This document shows positions 1 to 7,357 of a DNA stretch of 64,000 nucleotides, one piece after another. The notes beneath the pieces are model-generated. The model worked only from the letters and a program-made list of their open reading frames with translations, had not been told where the DNA came from and made no database searches. The stretch is from a virus. Its lineage: Duplodnaviria > Caudoviricetes. Position 1 is the first letter of the stretch, and each line of letters starts with the position of its first letter. Both the position numbers and the translations under genes were made by a program. Location: IMG/VR virus record IMGVR_UViG_2854418831_000003, positions 15,958 through 79,957 of that record. One strand, written 5' to 3'.

Positions 1-45
1 AGATCCAGCTCCAATCATACCGCTGATGGTTCTTTTCATCGTCAT
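1..45 (-). CDS. N-terminus of a probable MobV/Pre-family relaxase (partial)
   Basis: Minus strand reads GAGGTGAGG SD then MTMKRTISGMIGAGS, which resembles the start of Clostridiales plasmid-recombination (MobV) enzymes; only 15 codons are visible. Confidence 0.55.
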   Translation of the reverse strand, partial: MTMKRTISGMIGAGS

Positions 46-150
46 ATTGCCTCACCTCACTTTCTGAAACCAGTGCCAGATATGGCACATAATTTTTATT
101 TACGCCAGTCATGGCAGTTATAAGAAATCTGCGCCGGATACGGCGGTTTT

Positions 151-171
151 GTTACTTTTGTCAAAAGTAAC
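151..171. promoter_or_regulatory. Perfect inverted repeat, candidate oriT element upstream of the relaxase
   Basis: GTTACTTTTG-T-CAAAAGTAAC (10-bp arms). Confidence 0.4.
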
Positions 172-266
172 GCAAAAGCACTTTCGACAGCCGTACCGTC
201 CATCAAAAGTACCCTTGCGCCCTGCCGGGGGCTATGCCTCCCTTCGGTCGGTGTGGCTGTGCCCGG

Positions 267-494
267 TTATATCCTTGCCTGAATATATTCCAAATCACCA
301 CGGTAAGGTGTCCCTACCAGATACCAGTTCCGGGCAGCATCCATTTCCATCCGAGTCTGTACCCATTTGCCATCCATCAAAATCTGCAGGCATTCCCCAC
401 AGTGCAATCCGGTATCGATCCATAAATCCGATGACAAGATACCGTATCTTCCGTTGCTGCTGTTGTAACCAAGTCTTCCTTCTCTCATTTTCAC
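267..494 (-). CDS. Small IME protein (DUF5348-like)
   Basis: 75 aa with GLHCGECLQILMDGKWVQTRME motif; SD upstream. Confidence 0.6.
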   Translation of the reverse strand: MKMREGRLGYNSSNGRYGILSSDLWIDTGLHCGECLQILMDGKWVQTRMEMDAARNWYLVGTPYRGDLEYIQARI

Positions 495-666
495 GTTCTC
501 CCTTCATTCATCTTTATCGCAAGGATGCCCTGAAACAGGGCTCCCTTCGCAGCCATTCACCTATCGTTAGTGCAAGAACATTCCGTCTGCACCTTACAGT
601 CTGTTCCTTGTTTGCTATCTACAGGTGCGTGACACGCTCCTGTCGTAAGGTAGTCAACAAGAACTG

Positions 667-906
667 TTACCATCGGAAACTGTCCGGTATGCCTCGTCTA
701 TCCAGATATTCCTGCCGGGATTTTTCCCGTTCTTCCTTTGTAGAGGCAGTTTTCGACTGTGTATATAATTGCCTGTTCGCCATACGATCCACCTTTTCCA
801 TAAGCCCTTTGCAGATTTCCTCCGAACAGCTTTGATCTTCCATCAAATGATAGGAAACCAACTGTCTGAATAGAGTAAATGGTATCTGTACATTTTTTAT
901 TTCCAT
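667..906 (-). CDS. Conserved IME hypothetical protein
   Basis: 79 aa from MEIKNVQIPF with AAAGGA SD. Confidence 0.6.
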   Translation of the reverse strand: MEIKNVQIPFTLFRQLVSYHLMEDQSCSEEICKGLMEKVDRMANRQLYTQSKTASTKEEREKSRQEYLDRRGIPDSFRW

Positions 907-971
907 GTTGTATCCTTTCAAGGTGGCAAGATGCCCTGTTCTTAAGAAATGGTCATCTTGCCATCTTCTTT

Positions 972-2042
972 TTATTCTGACAGCATCCAGAACCATTGAT
1001 TTCCACGTTTTACAGAATCGATCTCCAGTTCCAGTTTTGCATTTCGCAGTGTTTTCTTCTTAATCCCACGCTTTTCAGCTTCTTCTTCAATCTTTTTCTG
1101 AGCCATACCACCGTTAGCCAGTATCTCCAGCAAGAACTCTTTCGCTTTCCGACTTTTTTGCCCTCTGCTGTCACCACTAAGCAGGTCATCTGCGCTGATG
1201 TCATATTCCCCTATCCATTCAAAACCCGTCTCCTTATCCAGACGGAATGCTATGGATTTTCCTTCCGGTGCAAGGGAACTTTTCACATGGCATACCACAC
1301 GGATTTCCGGTTCATCCTTAATTCGCCCCACGATTAGCACGCTTCTGGCTGCCGCCTGAAAATCAATCGAACCCAATCCACGGTAAGAAGACTTGCCATT
1401 ACTGTTTTTGTTCATATGCCCGATCAGAATTATTGCACAGTGATATTTCTCTGCAAGCACTGCCACGCGTTTCATCAGTGGGCGGATTTCATTTGCCCGG
1501 TGCATATCCACCTCTGCACCAAGAAAGCCTTGTATCGGGTCTAATACCACCAGACGGGCTTTTGTCTGGACAATAGCTTCCTCCAACCGAATATCCAGCA
1601 TAGTAAGTGGCTGTTCCCGGTCATCAATGACCAGTACTCTGGAACAGTCTGCACCAGCTGCCAGAAGTCTCGGCTTAATCGTATCGCCCAGTCCATCCTC
1701 TGCAGTCTGGTAAATAACATTCACAGGCTCTATTGGACTTTCCGATAATTTCACATCAGAATCAGCAGCCGTTTCTGCTCTGTCCTTTACTTCTGCTGTA
1801 TTTTCCTTCCTCGGAAGAATCTCCTCACCCTTTGTCAGCTTTGCAATGACCTGAAGCACCATCGTAGTCTTGCCTTCACCGGGATCTCCCTGAATAATCG
1901 TTACCTTCCCAAAAGGGATAAACGGGTAAAACAGCCATTTAATCTGCTCTACCTCCACCGTTTCCATATTGATCAGCTTCAGATCTGGCTCCATCCTTTT
2001 TGTTTCTGTTTTCTTTGTCTCTACTTTGTTCGTTTCCATCAT
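972..2042 (-). CDS. AAA_25/RepA-like helicase ATPase
   Basis: Walker A GDPGEGKTT, Walker B LVVLDP, IGHMNK motif; GGAGG SD. Confidence 0.85.
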   Translation of the reverse strand: MMETNKVETKKTETKRMEPDLKLINMETVEVEQIKWLFYPFIPFGKVTIIQGDPGEGKTTMVLQVIAKLTKGEEILPRKENTAEVKDRAETAADSDVKLSESPIEPVNVIYQTAEDGLGDTIKPRLLAAGADCSRVLVIDDREQPLTMLDIRLEEAIVQTKARLVVLDPIQGFLGAEVDMHRANEIRPLMKRVAVLAEKYHCAIILIGHMNKNSNGKSSYRGLGSIDFQAAARSVLIVGRIKDEPEIRVVCHVKSSLAPEGKSIAFRLDKETGFEWIGEYDISADDLLSGDSRGQKSRKAKEFLLEILANGGMAQKKIEEEAEKRGIKKKTLRNAKLELEIDSVKRGNQWFWMLSE

Positions 2043-2164
2043 TCCTCCTTATTTTCCCGTTGAAAGGAAGCGGGGATTTTGATAGAATACCCATAGAAAG
2101 ATTTTGGATGAATATTCTACCAAATCCCTGCCTTTAGGTGTTTGCCGACACTTAAAGGCTTTTT

Positions 2165-2485
2165 CTATTCCTCCTTCATGCCATCCATCGTGATTGTGAT
2201 CAGCCGGATCACTTCCAGTAAATCCTCCGACACATTATCACCCTTTTTCAAACGTTTCAGCTCATTCAGAACCTTTGTAAGCTCATTCTTCAACGCTTTA
2301 TACACTCTCGGATTTCCTGTCACTACAACCTCTTTTTTCTGCAATCTTCGGATAATATAATCCTGTTTGGTCAGACCGGACAATTTAACCGCTGTTTCCA
2401 GAAGTTCATCCTCCTCCGGTGATACCCGAAAAGCTACCGTTTTATTTCTCCAACGCCCCTGTCTATCCAAACATTTAGCTGACAT
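2165..2485 (-). CDS. MobC-like ribbon-helix-helix mobilization protein
   Basis: RNKTVAFRVSPEE...SGLTKQDYI pattern; GGAGG SD before MSAKCLD. Confidence 0.65.
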   Translation of the reverse strand: MSAKCLDRQGRWRNKTVAFRVSPEEDELLETAVKLSGLTKQDYIIRRLQKKEVVVTGNPRVYKALKNELTKVLNELKRLKKGDNVSEDLLEVIRLITITMDGMKEE

Positions 2486-3590
2486 ACGCAAGTCCTCCTT
2501 CCCTATCATTTGGTTCTTCATTCATGTTTTCTGCATCCAACTGGTCTGCCATATCCTGCTGTACGGACGGGAACAGATGCGCATATCGGTAAGTGATCTT
2601 TTCTGCTGAATGACCAACCCTTTTTCCGATTGCCAGTGCTGTATAGCCCATGTTAATCAGCAAAGAGACATGGCTGTGTCTGAGATCATGCACCCGGATT
2701 TTTTTCACACCGCTTGCTTTGCATCCTCTTTCCATTTCATGGTTCAGATAATACTTAGTTACAGGGAAAATACGGTCATCCGGCTGCAGGCTGTAATATA
2801 ACTTCAAACAATCCTGCATTTCGTCACATAAGAACTTTGGCATAGTTACAGTACGGACACTGTTCTTTGTTTTCGGAGTGCTGATCACATCTTCTCCCTT
2901 TAAACGCTGATAGGATTTGTTGATCCGCAACGTTCTCTTCTGGAAATCGAAATCCGCAGGAGTTAAAGCCAAAAGCTCCCCGGATCTGATTCCGCACCAG
3001 TACAATAACTGGAACGCATAGTAGGAAAGTGGTTTATCCATCATTTCTTCTGAAAACTGTTTATACTCTGCCTTTGTCCAGAAGAGCATTTCCTTGCTTT
3101 CTTCTGAGCCGATTGTGCCAGCTTTCCTTGCCGGATTCATGCTAAGATCATAAAACTTGATCGCATGGTTGAAAATCGTACTCAACTGTCCATGGATTGT
3201 TTTCAGATAAGTAGGGGATAAAGGTTTTCCTTTCCTGCTTGTCAATTTGCGAAGCTCATTATGCCAGTCCAAAACATCCTTTGCGGTGATTTCTGACACC
3301 TTTCTTTTTCCCAGATAGGGTAAAATCTTGGACTTGATAATATTTTCCTTTGTAAGCCAGGTACTCTTTTTCAGCCTTGGTCTCACATCTTCCTCATATA
3401 ATTTGCAGAAGCTCTCCAGTTCCATATCCATACTGGCTTTCTTCTGGAGTATGAACTGCTGCTCCCACTGTGCAGCTTCTCTTTTTGTTGCAAATCCTCT
3501 TTTGCATTTCTGCTTACGTTCGCCGGTCCAGTCCTGATACCGTACCATAACGTACCATGTGTTATTGCTTTCAGTCTTGTAAATTGCCAT
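2475..3590 (-). CDS. int: Tyrosine site-specific integrase of the IME
   Basis: N-terminal arm-binding domain, CGIRSGE (R), KTK (K), HDLRHSH (HxxR), VGH...TYRY (H, Y). Confidence 0.93.
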   Translation of the reverse strand: MAIYKTESNNTWYVMVRYQDWTGERKQKCKRGFATKREAAQWEQQFILQKKASMDMELESFCKLYEEDVRPRLKKSTWLTKENIIKSKILPYLGKRKVSEITAKDVLDWHNELRKLTSRKGKPLSPTYLKTIHGQLSTIFNHAIKFYDLSMNPARKAGTIGSEESKEMLFWTKAEYKQFSEEMMDKPLSYYAFQLLYWCGIRSGELLALTPADFDFQKRTLRINKSYQRLKGEDVISTPKTKNSVRTVTMPKFLCDEMQDCLKLYYSLQPDDRIFPVTKYYLNHEMERGCKASGVKKIRVHDLRHSHVSLLINMGYTALAIGKRVGHSAEKITYRYAHLFPSVQQDMADQLDAENMNEEPNDREGGLAYVS

Positions 3591-3592
3591 TC

Positions 3593-3787
3593 TTAATTCC
3601 TCCCATCGTTTGATCTCGTTCCGTAGAACTGTTCGTAAAAATACTTCCGGTCAACTTTTCCTGCAATTGTCTGGCATCCCATCGCCTGTAATTCCCTGTT
3701 CAGCCTTTTCATCAGCTTATAAGCGTAGGATTCCGATACTTCCAGAACTTCCATGACCTCTTTTACATTCATAAACATTTTACTCAT
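3593..3787 (-). CDS. xis: Excisionase-like HTH protein of the IME
   Basis: 64 aa, directly upstream of int; FMNVKEVMEVLEVSESYAYKLMKRLN winged-helix pattern. Confidence 0.75.
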   Translation of the reverse strand: MSKMFMNVKEVMEVLEVSESYAYKLMKRLNRELQAMGCQTIAGKVDRKYFYEQFYGTRSNDGRN

Positions 3788-3812
3788 TGTAAAATCCCTC
3801 CTTCGTTTCTCA

Positions 3813-3901
3813 CTATACATTTCTGTATAGTCCGTATGATACTATACTTTTTTGTATTGGTCAAGTGTTTCAAAACAAAAATTCTATACTTTTTTGTATG
3901 G
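3813..3901. promoter_or_regulatory. Three operator-like palindromes in the IME divergent switch
   Basis: CTATAC-N6-GTAT(A/T/G)G at 3813-3830, 3842-3859 and 3884-3901. Confidence 0.65.
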
Positions 3902-3964
3902 TTTCTCCTTGTCTGTACTATACATATATGCTATACTCAATTTATCAAGTAAAAGACAGGAGAT

Positions 3965-4420
3965 ATGAGCATGGCAATAGGAGAAAGAATTCATCATTTT
4001 CGACTTCTGCGTGGATTCACGCAGAAATATTTAGGTCAACAGCTGGGATTCAGCGAATCACAGGCTGATGTCCGCATTGCACAGTACGAAAAAGGCTCTC
4101 GCAGTCCAAAGGAAAACTATCTGAATGCACTGGCTGACATTTTTGAGGTCTCCCCTCATGCACTCGCTGTACCGGACATTGACAGTTATGTTGGGCTGAT
4201 GCACACCTTATTTACATTAGAAGACCTTTACGGACTTCATATTGGAGAAATTGACGGAGAACTCTGTCTCCGGCTGGATAAGTCCAAAGGAACCACCTAC
4301 CTTTCTATGTTTGATATGTTCTACGCATGGCAGGAACAGGCAGAAAAACTAAAATCCGGGGAGATCACCAAAGAAGAATATGACCAGTGGCGGTACAATT
4401 ACCCGAAAAAAACAACATAA
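3965..4420 (+). CDS. XRE-family repressor (ImmR-like) of the IME
   Basis: IGERIHHFRLLRGFTQKYLG...IAQYEKGSRSP HTH, divergent from xis-int. Confidence 0.88.
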   Translation: MSMAIGERIHHFRLLRGFTQKYLGQQLGFSESQADVRIAQYEKGSRSPKENYLNALADIFEVSPHALAVPDIDSYVGLMHTLFTLEDLYGLHIGEIDGELCLRLDKSKGTTYLSMFDMFYAWQEQAEKLKSGEITKEEYDQWRYNYPKKTT

Positions 4421-4487
4421 AAACCAACGAAAAAAGGCCTTACCAAATTGATTTCACTCAATTCAGTAAGACCTTTTTTGTTGGTTT
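4421..4487. terminator. Long imperfect inverted repeat, probably a bidirectional terminator
   Basis: aaaccaacgaaaaaaggccttaccaaattga / tcaattcagtaagaccttttttgttggttt. Confidence 0.65.
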
Positions 4488-4543
4488 CACACATATTACC
4501 TGACAACCACCGGATTGCTGATAAATACTACCTAAATATCCGG

Positions 4544-4752
4544 TGTTATCATTTTGTTATCAAATAGAACTTCTTGTGCCCGGAAATGCCCTGTTTATAA
4601 GGGTTTCCAGAATTTTTTCATTATTCAAACTCAATAACAACGTTTTAACGGCTGCTGTTTTTGTATGTTTCATACACGTTTTTATTATTTATATTATTTA
4701 TATTATTTATGGTTTTTCTGGCTCTCAAAATTTCCGGTACAATTTTGGTACA
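4544..4752. other. att junction between IME and prophage
   Basis: Core ATTGAGTTTGAATAATGA on minus (4618-4635; I-E-F-E-stop-stop); direct repeats TGTTATCA x2 (4544, 4555) to the left and GGTACA x2 (4736, 4747) to the right, both with 11-bp period. Confidence 0.55.
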
Positions 4753-4754
4753 CA

Positions 4755-4955
4755 TCATTCTGTTTGCCCTCTTCCCAGCTTTTCAAGATACAAGGCGGCT
4801 GCCTCCTCGTAAAAATCAGAGCGGCTGTATGCTTTTCCCTCTTGCTGGCGCCTTTCTTCCACGTACTCGTCAATAGCGTCAAGCCGATCAAGTGGTGTGT
4901 GGACTGTAATGGGTACCCGGCGCGAGGTTCCCTTTAATTTCCTACCGTATGCCAT
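4755..4955 (-). CDS. Ribbon-helix-helix DNA-binding protein
   Basis: 66 aa, RRVPITVHTP-LDRLDAIDEYV...SRSDFYEEA; GGGAGG SD. Confidence 0.6.
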   Translation of the reverse strand: MAYGRKLKGTSRRVPITVHTPLDRLDAIDEYVEERRQQEGKAYSRSDFYEEAAALYLEKLGRGQTE

Positions 4956-4957
4956 CT

Positions 4958-5128
4958 TTATGCCTCCCTTTTTAGAGGGCAATCTTTTCTGCACCCCTCT
5001 TCCGGGCATACAGGTCTTGTGCCCAATGCCGCGCAATGGTAATGCTCTCCCTTTGAAAAACTCAACATACAAGCGGTGCAATTTATTCCCTTTTCATCAG
5101 AAAAACTTAAATTCAAGATAGCTTTCAT
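4958..5128 (-). CDS. Small Cys-rich (6 Cys) putative metal-binding protein
   Basis: 56 aa with CTAC...C...C...C...C; ATGA overlap with the stop of the upstream gene. Confidence 0.55.
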   Translation of the reverse strand: MKAILNLSFSDEKGINCTACMLSFSKGEHYHCAALGTRPVCPEEGCRKDCPLKREA

Positions 5129-6084
5129 CTCTTTTTCTCCTCGTGGTTTTTCGCTGCGTCGCCTGTCAGGCTGATCAGCGTGCTCTTTGTGCCGCTGTCC
5201 AGTACCATACGCCACCGGAGCGGAATCTTTTCATATCCATACAGGGCACCGGCCAGTCCGCCGGTAATAGCTGCGATTGTGTCTGCGTCTCCTCCCAGGT
5301 TGGCAGCTTTAACAACGGCCGCCTCAAAGTTCTTTGTACTTCTCAGGCAGTGCAGGGCGCAATGCAAAGAGTCAACCACAAAACCGCTAGGATTCAGGTT
5401 TGCCGGCTCTGCTTTTCGGCTGTATCGTGTGCCCCTTGTAATGCCGTTCAGGCCGTTGCATAGTTTTTGCACCGTATCTGCATGGTGCATGATTAAATAG
5501 TATAGCATTTTTGTATAAAGCTGGCAAGCCTCTGCGCTCAGGTCGTCCCAGTGCGTCAGGCGTCCGATTCTGTCCGCAACCTCTATGGCTCTGCTCTCGT
5601 CTGTATAGTACAAGCCTGGGTATACGGTACGCATCAGAGCGCCATTGCCTGCGCTTCTGTTCCCGTTCTGCTGCGCTGTCAGCTGTGCTGCCTGCTCCCA
5701 TAGTTCATATGGTGCCAGGCCCTTGCAATTTTTCAGTTCCGGCCGTCTCAGCATCATCTGCAGTGCGTTTGTGATCGCGCTGCGGCAGGTGCCGCCTATA
5801 TCTTTCGGGCCACCCATGGCCCACTCTGCAAAGTGCTTGCCCGCCCACGGCTCCGGATTATCCGGGTGCATTGCTACGCCCAGGGCTGCTGCGATTGTCA
5901 TTTGCGTGTCGTCGGTAACTTCTCCCGGCTTTACGTTCAGCCATCCGCCGCCGATCATTTCTTTCACGGTTCCGTACTTGTGCTGGATTTCCTTTGCGTT
6001 CATAAATTCCAGCGGGGCGCCCAGTGCGTCCCCTACTGCTACACCAAATAATGCGCCGCCGATTTTGTTTGCTAAATTCGTCAT
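5125..6084 (-). CDS. ADP-ribosylglycohydrolase (DraG/ARH family)
   Basis: GVAVGDALGAPLE, TDDTQM, AGNGALMR and GGDADTIAAITGGLAGA motifs. Confidence 0.93.
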   Translation of the reverse strand: MTNLANKIGGALFGVAVGDALGAPLEFMNAKEIQHKYGTVKEMIGGGWLNVKPGEVTDDTQMTIAAALGVAMHPDNPEPWAGKHFAEWAMGGPKDIGGTCRSAITNALQMMLRRPELKNCKGLAPYELWEQAAQLTAQQNGNRSAGNGALMRTVYPGLYYTDESRAIEVADRIGRLTHWDDLSAEACQLYTKMLYYLIMHHADTVQKLCNGLNGITRGTRYSRKAEPANLNPSGFVVDSLHCALHCLRSTKNFEAAVVKAANLGGDADTIAAITGGLAGALYGYEKIPLRWRMVLDSGTKSTLISLTGDAAKNHEEKKR

Positions 6085-6096
6085 AACTTTGCCCTC

Positions 6097-6279
6097 CTAT
6101 GCGATTCTTTCAAATTCAAAAATACCAATGCTTGCAATAAAAGCCTTTGTTGTCCGGAGTCCGGTATTTACCTGCTGCCCGTCAACATACTGGCGTAAAT
6201 AGTAGCCGCCTACCATCTTTACGACCTCCCATGTTTTCTTGCTGTTGTACCGGTCCCGGTACCATTCTCTTTTTACCAT
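6097..6279 (-). CDS. Hypothetical protein
   Basis: 60 aa, GAGGAGG SD. Confidence 0.55.
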   Translation of the reverse strand: MVKREWYRDRYNSKKTWEVVKMVGGYYLRQYVDGQQVNTGLRTTKAFIASIGIFEFERIA

Positions 6280-6289
6280 GCCGCCCTCC

Positions 6290-6514
6290 TCATAAGTGAG
6301 CCGTTGCGCTATATCCGCGTCGGTCATAATAAATATAACAGCCCAGTTCCTCACAAGCCTTTTCAACGATCCACGAGTCATTGTCAAGCCCCAGGCGCAC
6401 CCTGCCATTTCTCAGCAGTCTCAGCAGGAGCTTTGCAGCTCCCAGCTGTCCCTTTCGCACCATTTCCCGGTGCAGCTCCATTGCCTTATACCTGCGGATT
6501 TTCTTCTCTAACAT
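6290..6514 (-). CDS. Hypothetical protein
   Basis: 74 aa, GGAGG SD, co-directional within the operon. Confidence 0.6.
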   Translation of the reverse strand: MLEKKIRRYKAMELHREMVRKGQLGAAKLLLRLLRNGRVRLGLDNDSWIVEKACEELGCYIYYDRRGYSATAHL

Positions 6515-6525
6515 GTCGCTGCCTC

Positions 6526-6789
6526 CTATCTACCTGCGAATCTCGGTACAAAAAAGCCAAAATCATCCGCCGGGAATTTATCTCTTACAATGTGATCCAT
6601 AATTCCATAAAGATCATGGATAAAGTTAAAATCATCCGCGGCCAGCCACTCCTCTAATCTTAAATTAAACTTTTCGTCTGCGCTTTCGATATCCATTAAC
6701 AAGCTCAATCTTTCGCCTGTATACAATCCACTTTCCTCAGCTCTTTTCGCAATCTCTACATACATTCCATATTTCTGTGCTTTACTCAT
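6526..6789 (-). CDS. Hypothetical phage protein (resembles DUF6874)
   Basis: LLMDIE...L.LEEWLAADDFNFIHDLYGI..H...F.PRFA pattern. Confidence 0.6.
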   Translation of the reverse strand: MSKAQKYGMYVEIAKRAEESGLYTGERLSLLMDIESADEKFNLRLEEWLAADDFNFIHDLYGIMDHIVRDKFPADDFGFFVPRFAGR

Positions 6790-6816
6790 AGCGTTCCCCT
6801 TTCCGGATCCGGCAGC

Positions 6817-7059
6817 TTACGCCGCCAGCTCCTGCACGTACTCCATACCCTCAAAGCTACAAAAGCCGCCAGCATCCAAAATGCTCTGCAGTGCTCTCTT
6901 ACCACCGCACGGGATGTATGGTACCAAAATACCAAACTCGTCACGGTCTGCACTAAAGGCAACCCAACCTTTTCCCGGCTCGTACAGCGCCCAACCTGTT
7001 ACTACGCGGCTGATTTTCTTGGTTCCAAAATGTGTATTTCTCAATCTTTTAATCTGCAT
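6817..7059 (-). CDS. Hypothetical protein, first gene of the accessory operon
   Basis: 80 aa, AGGAGG SD. Confidence 0.6.
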   Translation of the reverse strand: MQIKRLRNTHFGTKKISRVVTGWALYEPGKGWVAFSADRDEFGILVPYIPCGGKRALQSILDAGGFCSFEGMEYVQELAA

Positions 7060-7092
7060 ATATCATGCCCTCCTGTGCTTGCTTTCTTTAAC

Positions 7093-7144
7093 TGTCTATA
7101 TTATAAACCAATGGCGGTTTATATTCCATAGACCGAATAGACAA
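7093..7144 (-). promoter_or_regulatory. Sigma-A-like promoter with overlapping palindrome for the accessory operon
   Basis: Minus-strand TGGAAT-17-TATAAT; perfect inverted repeat TATAAACC-N6-GGTTTATA between and over the hexamers. Confidence 0.5.
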
Positions 7145-7202
7145 ACTTTAGTGTAGTGAAGTGCATGAAAAGGATACAAGATAGACAACTATTTTTAAGC
7201 AC

Positions 7203-7265
7203 AAAAAAAGAGGGTGGCTCCCAGGTTTCAGACGTTTGCCTGACCCCCTTGAGAACCCCCTCTTC
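7203..7265 (-). terminator. Intrinsic terminator after the endolysin
   Basis: AAGAGGG...CCCTCTT stem followed by a T7 run on the minus strand. Confidence 0.6.
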
Positions 7266-7357
7266 GGCGCATTTTACACTATATTTTCATTTCTGTAAAT
7301 CCCGGAATAACAGACAAAAAGTCTTGCTGAAAAGATACAGAATAGACAACGGGCTTA

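Larger units (their letters stand above)
1..4617 (-). mobile_element. Integrative mobilizable element (IME), right-hand part; continues beyond the left edge
   Basis: Contains a relaxase start, AAA ATPase, MobC-like protein, tyrosine integrase, Xis and a divergent XRE repressor, and ends at the att-like core at 4618-4635. Confidence 0.75.

Noticed and set aside
149-835. 228-aa plus-strand ORF in the IME
   Set aside because: It overlaps two plausible minus-strand genes and the oriT-like region, with no recognisable motifs.
1-4617. Left element as a PICI or phage satellite
   Set aside because: It has a MobV-like relaxase and MobC but no visible terS or capsid-interference genes. IME fits better, although cross-talk with the phage is kept as a finding.
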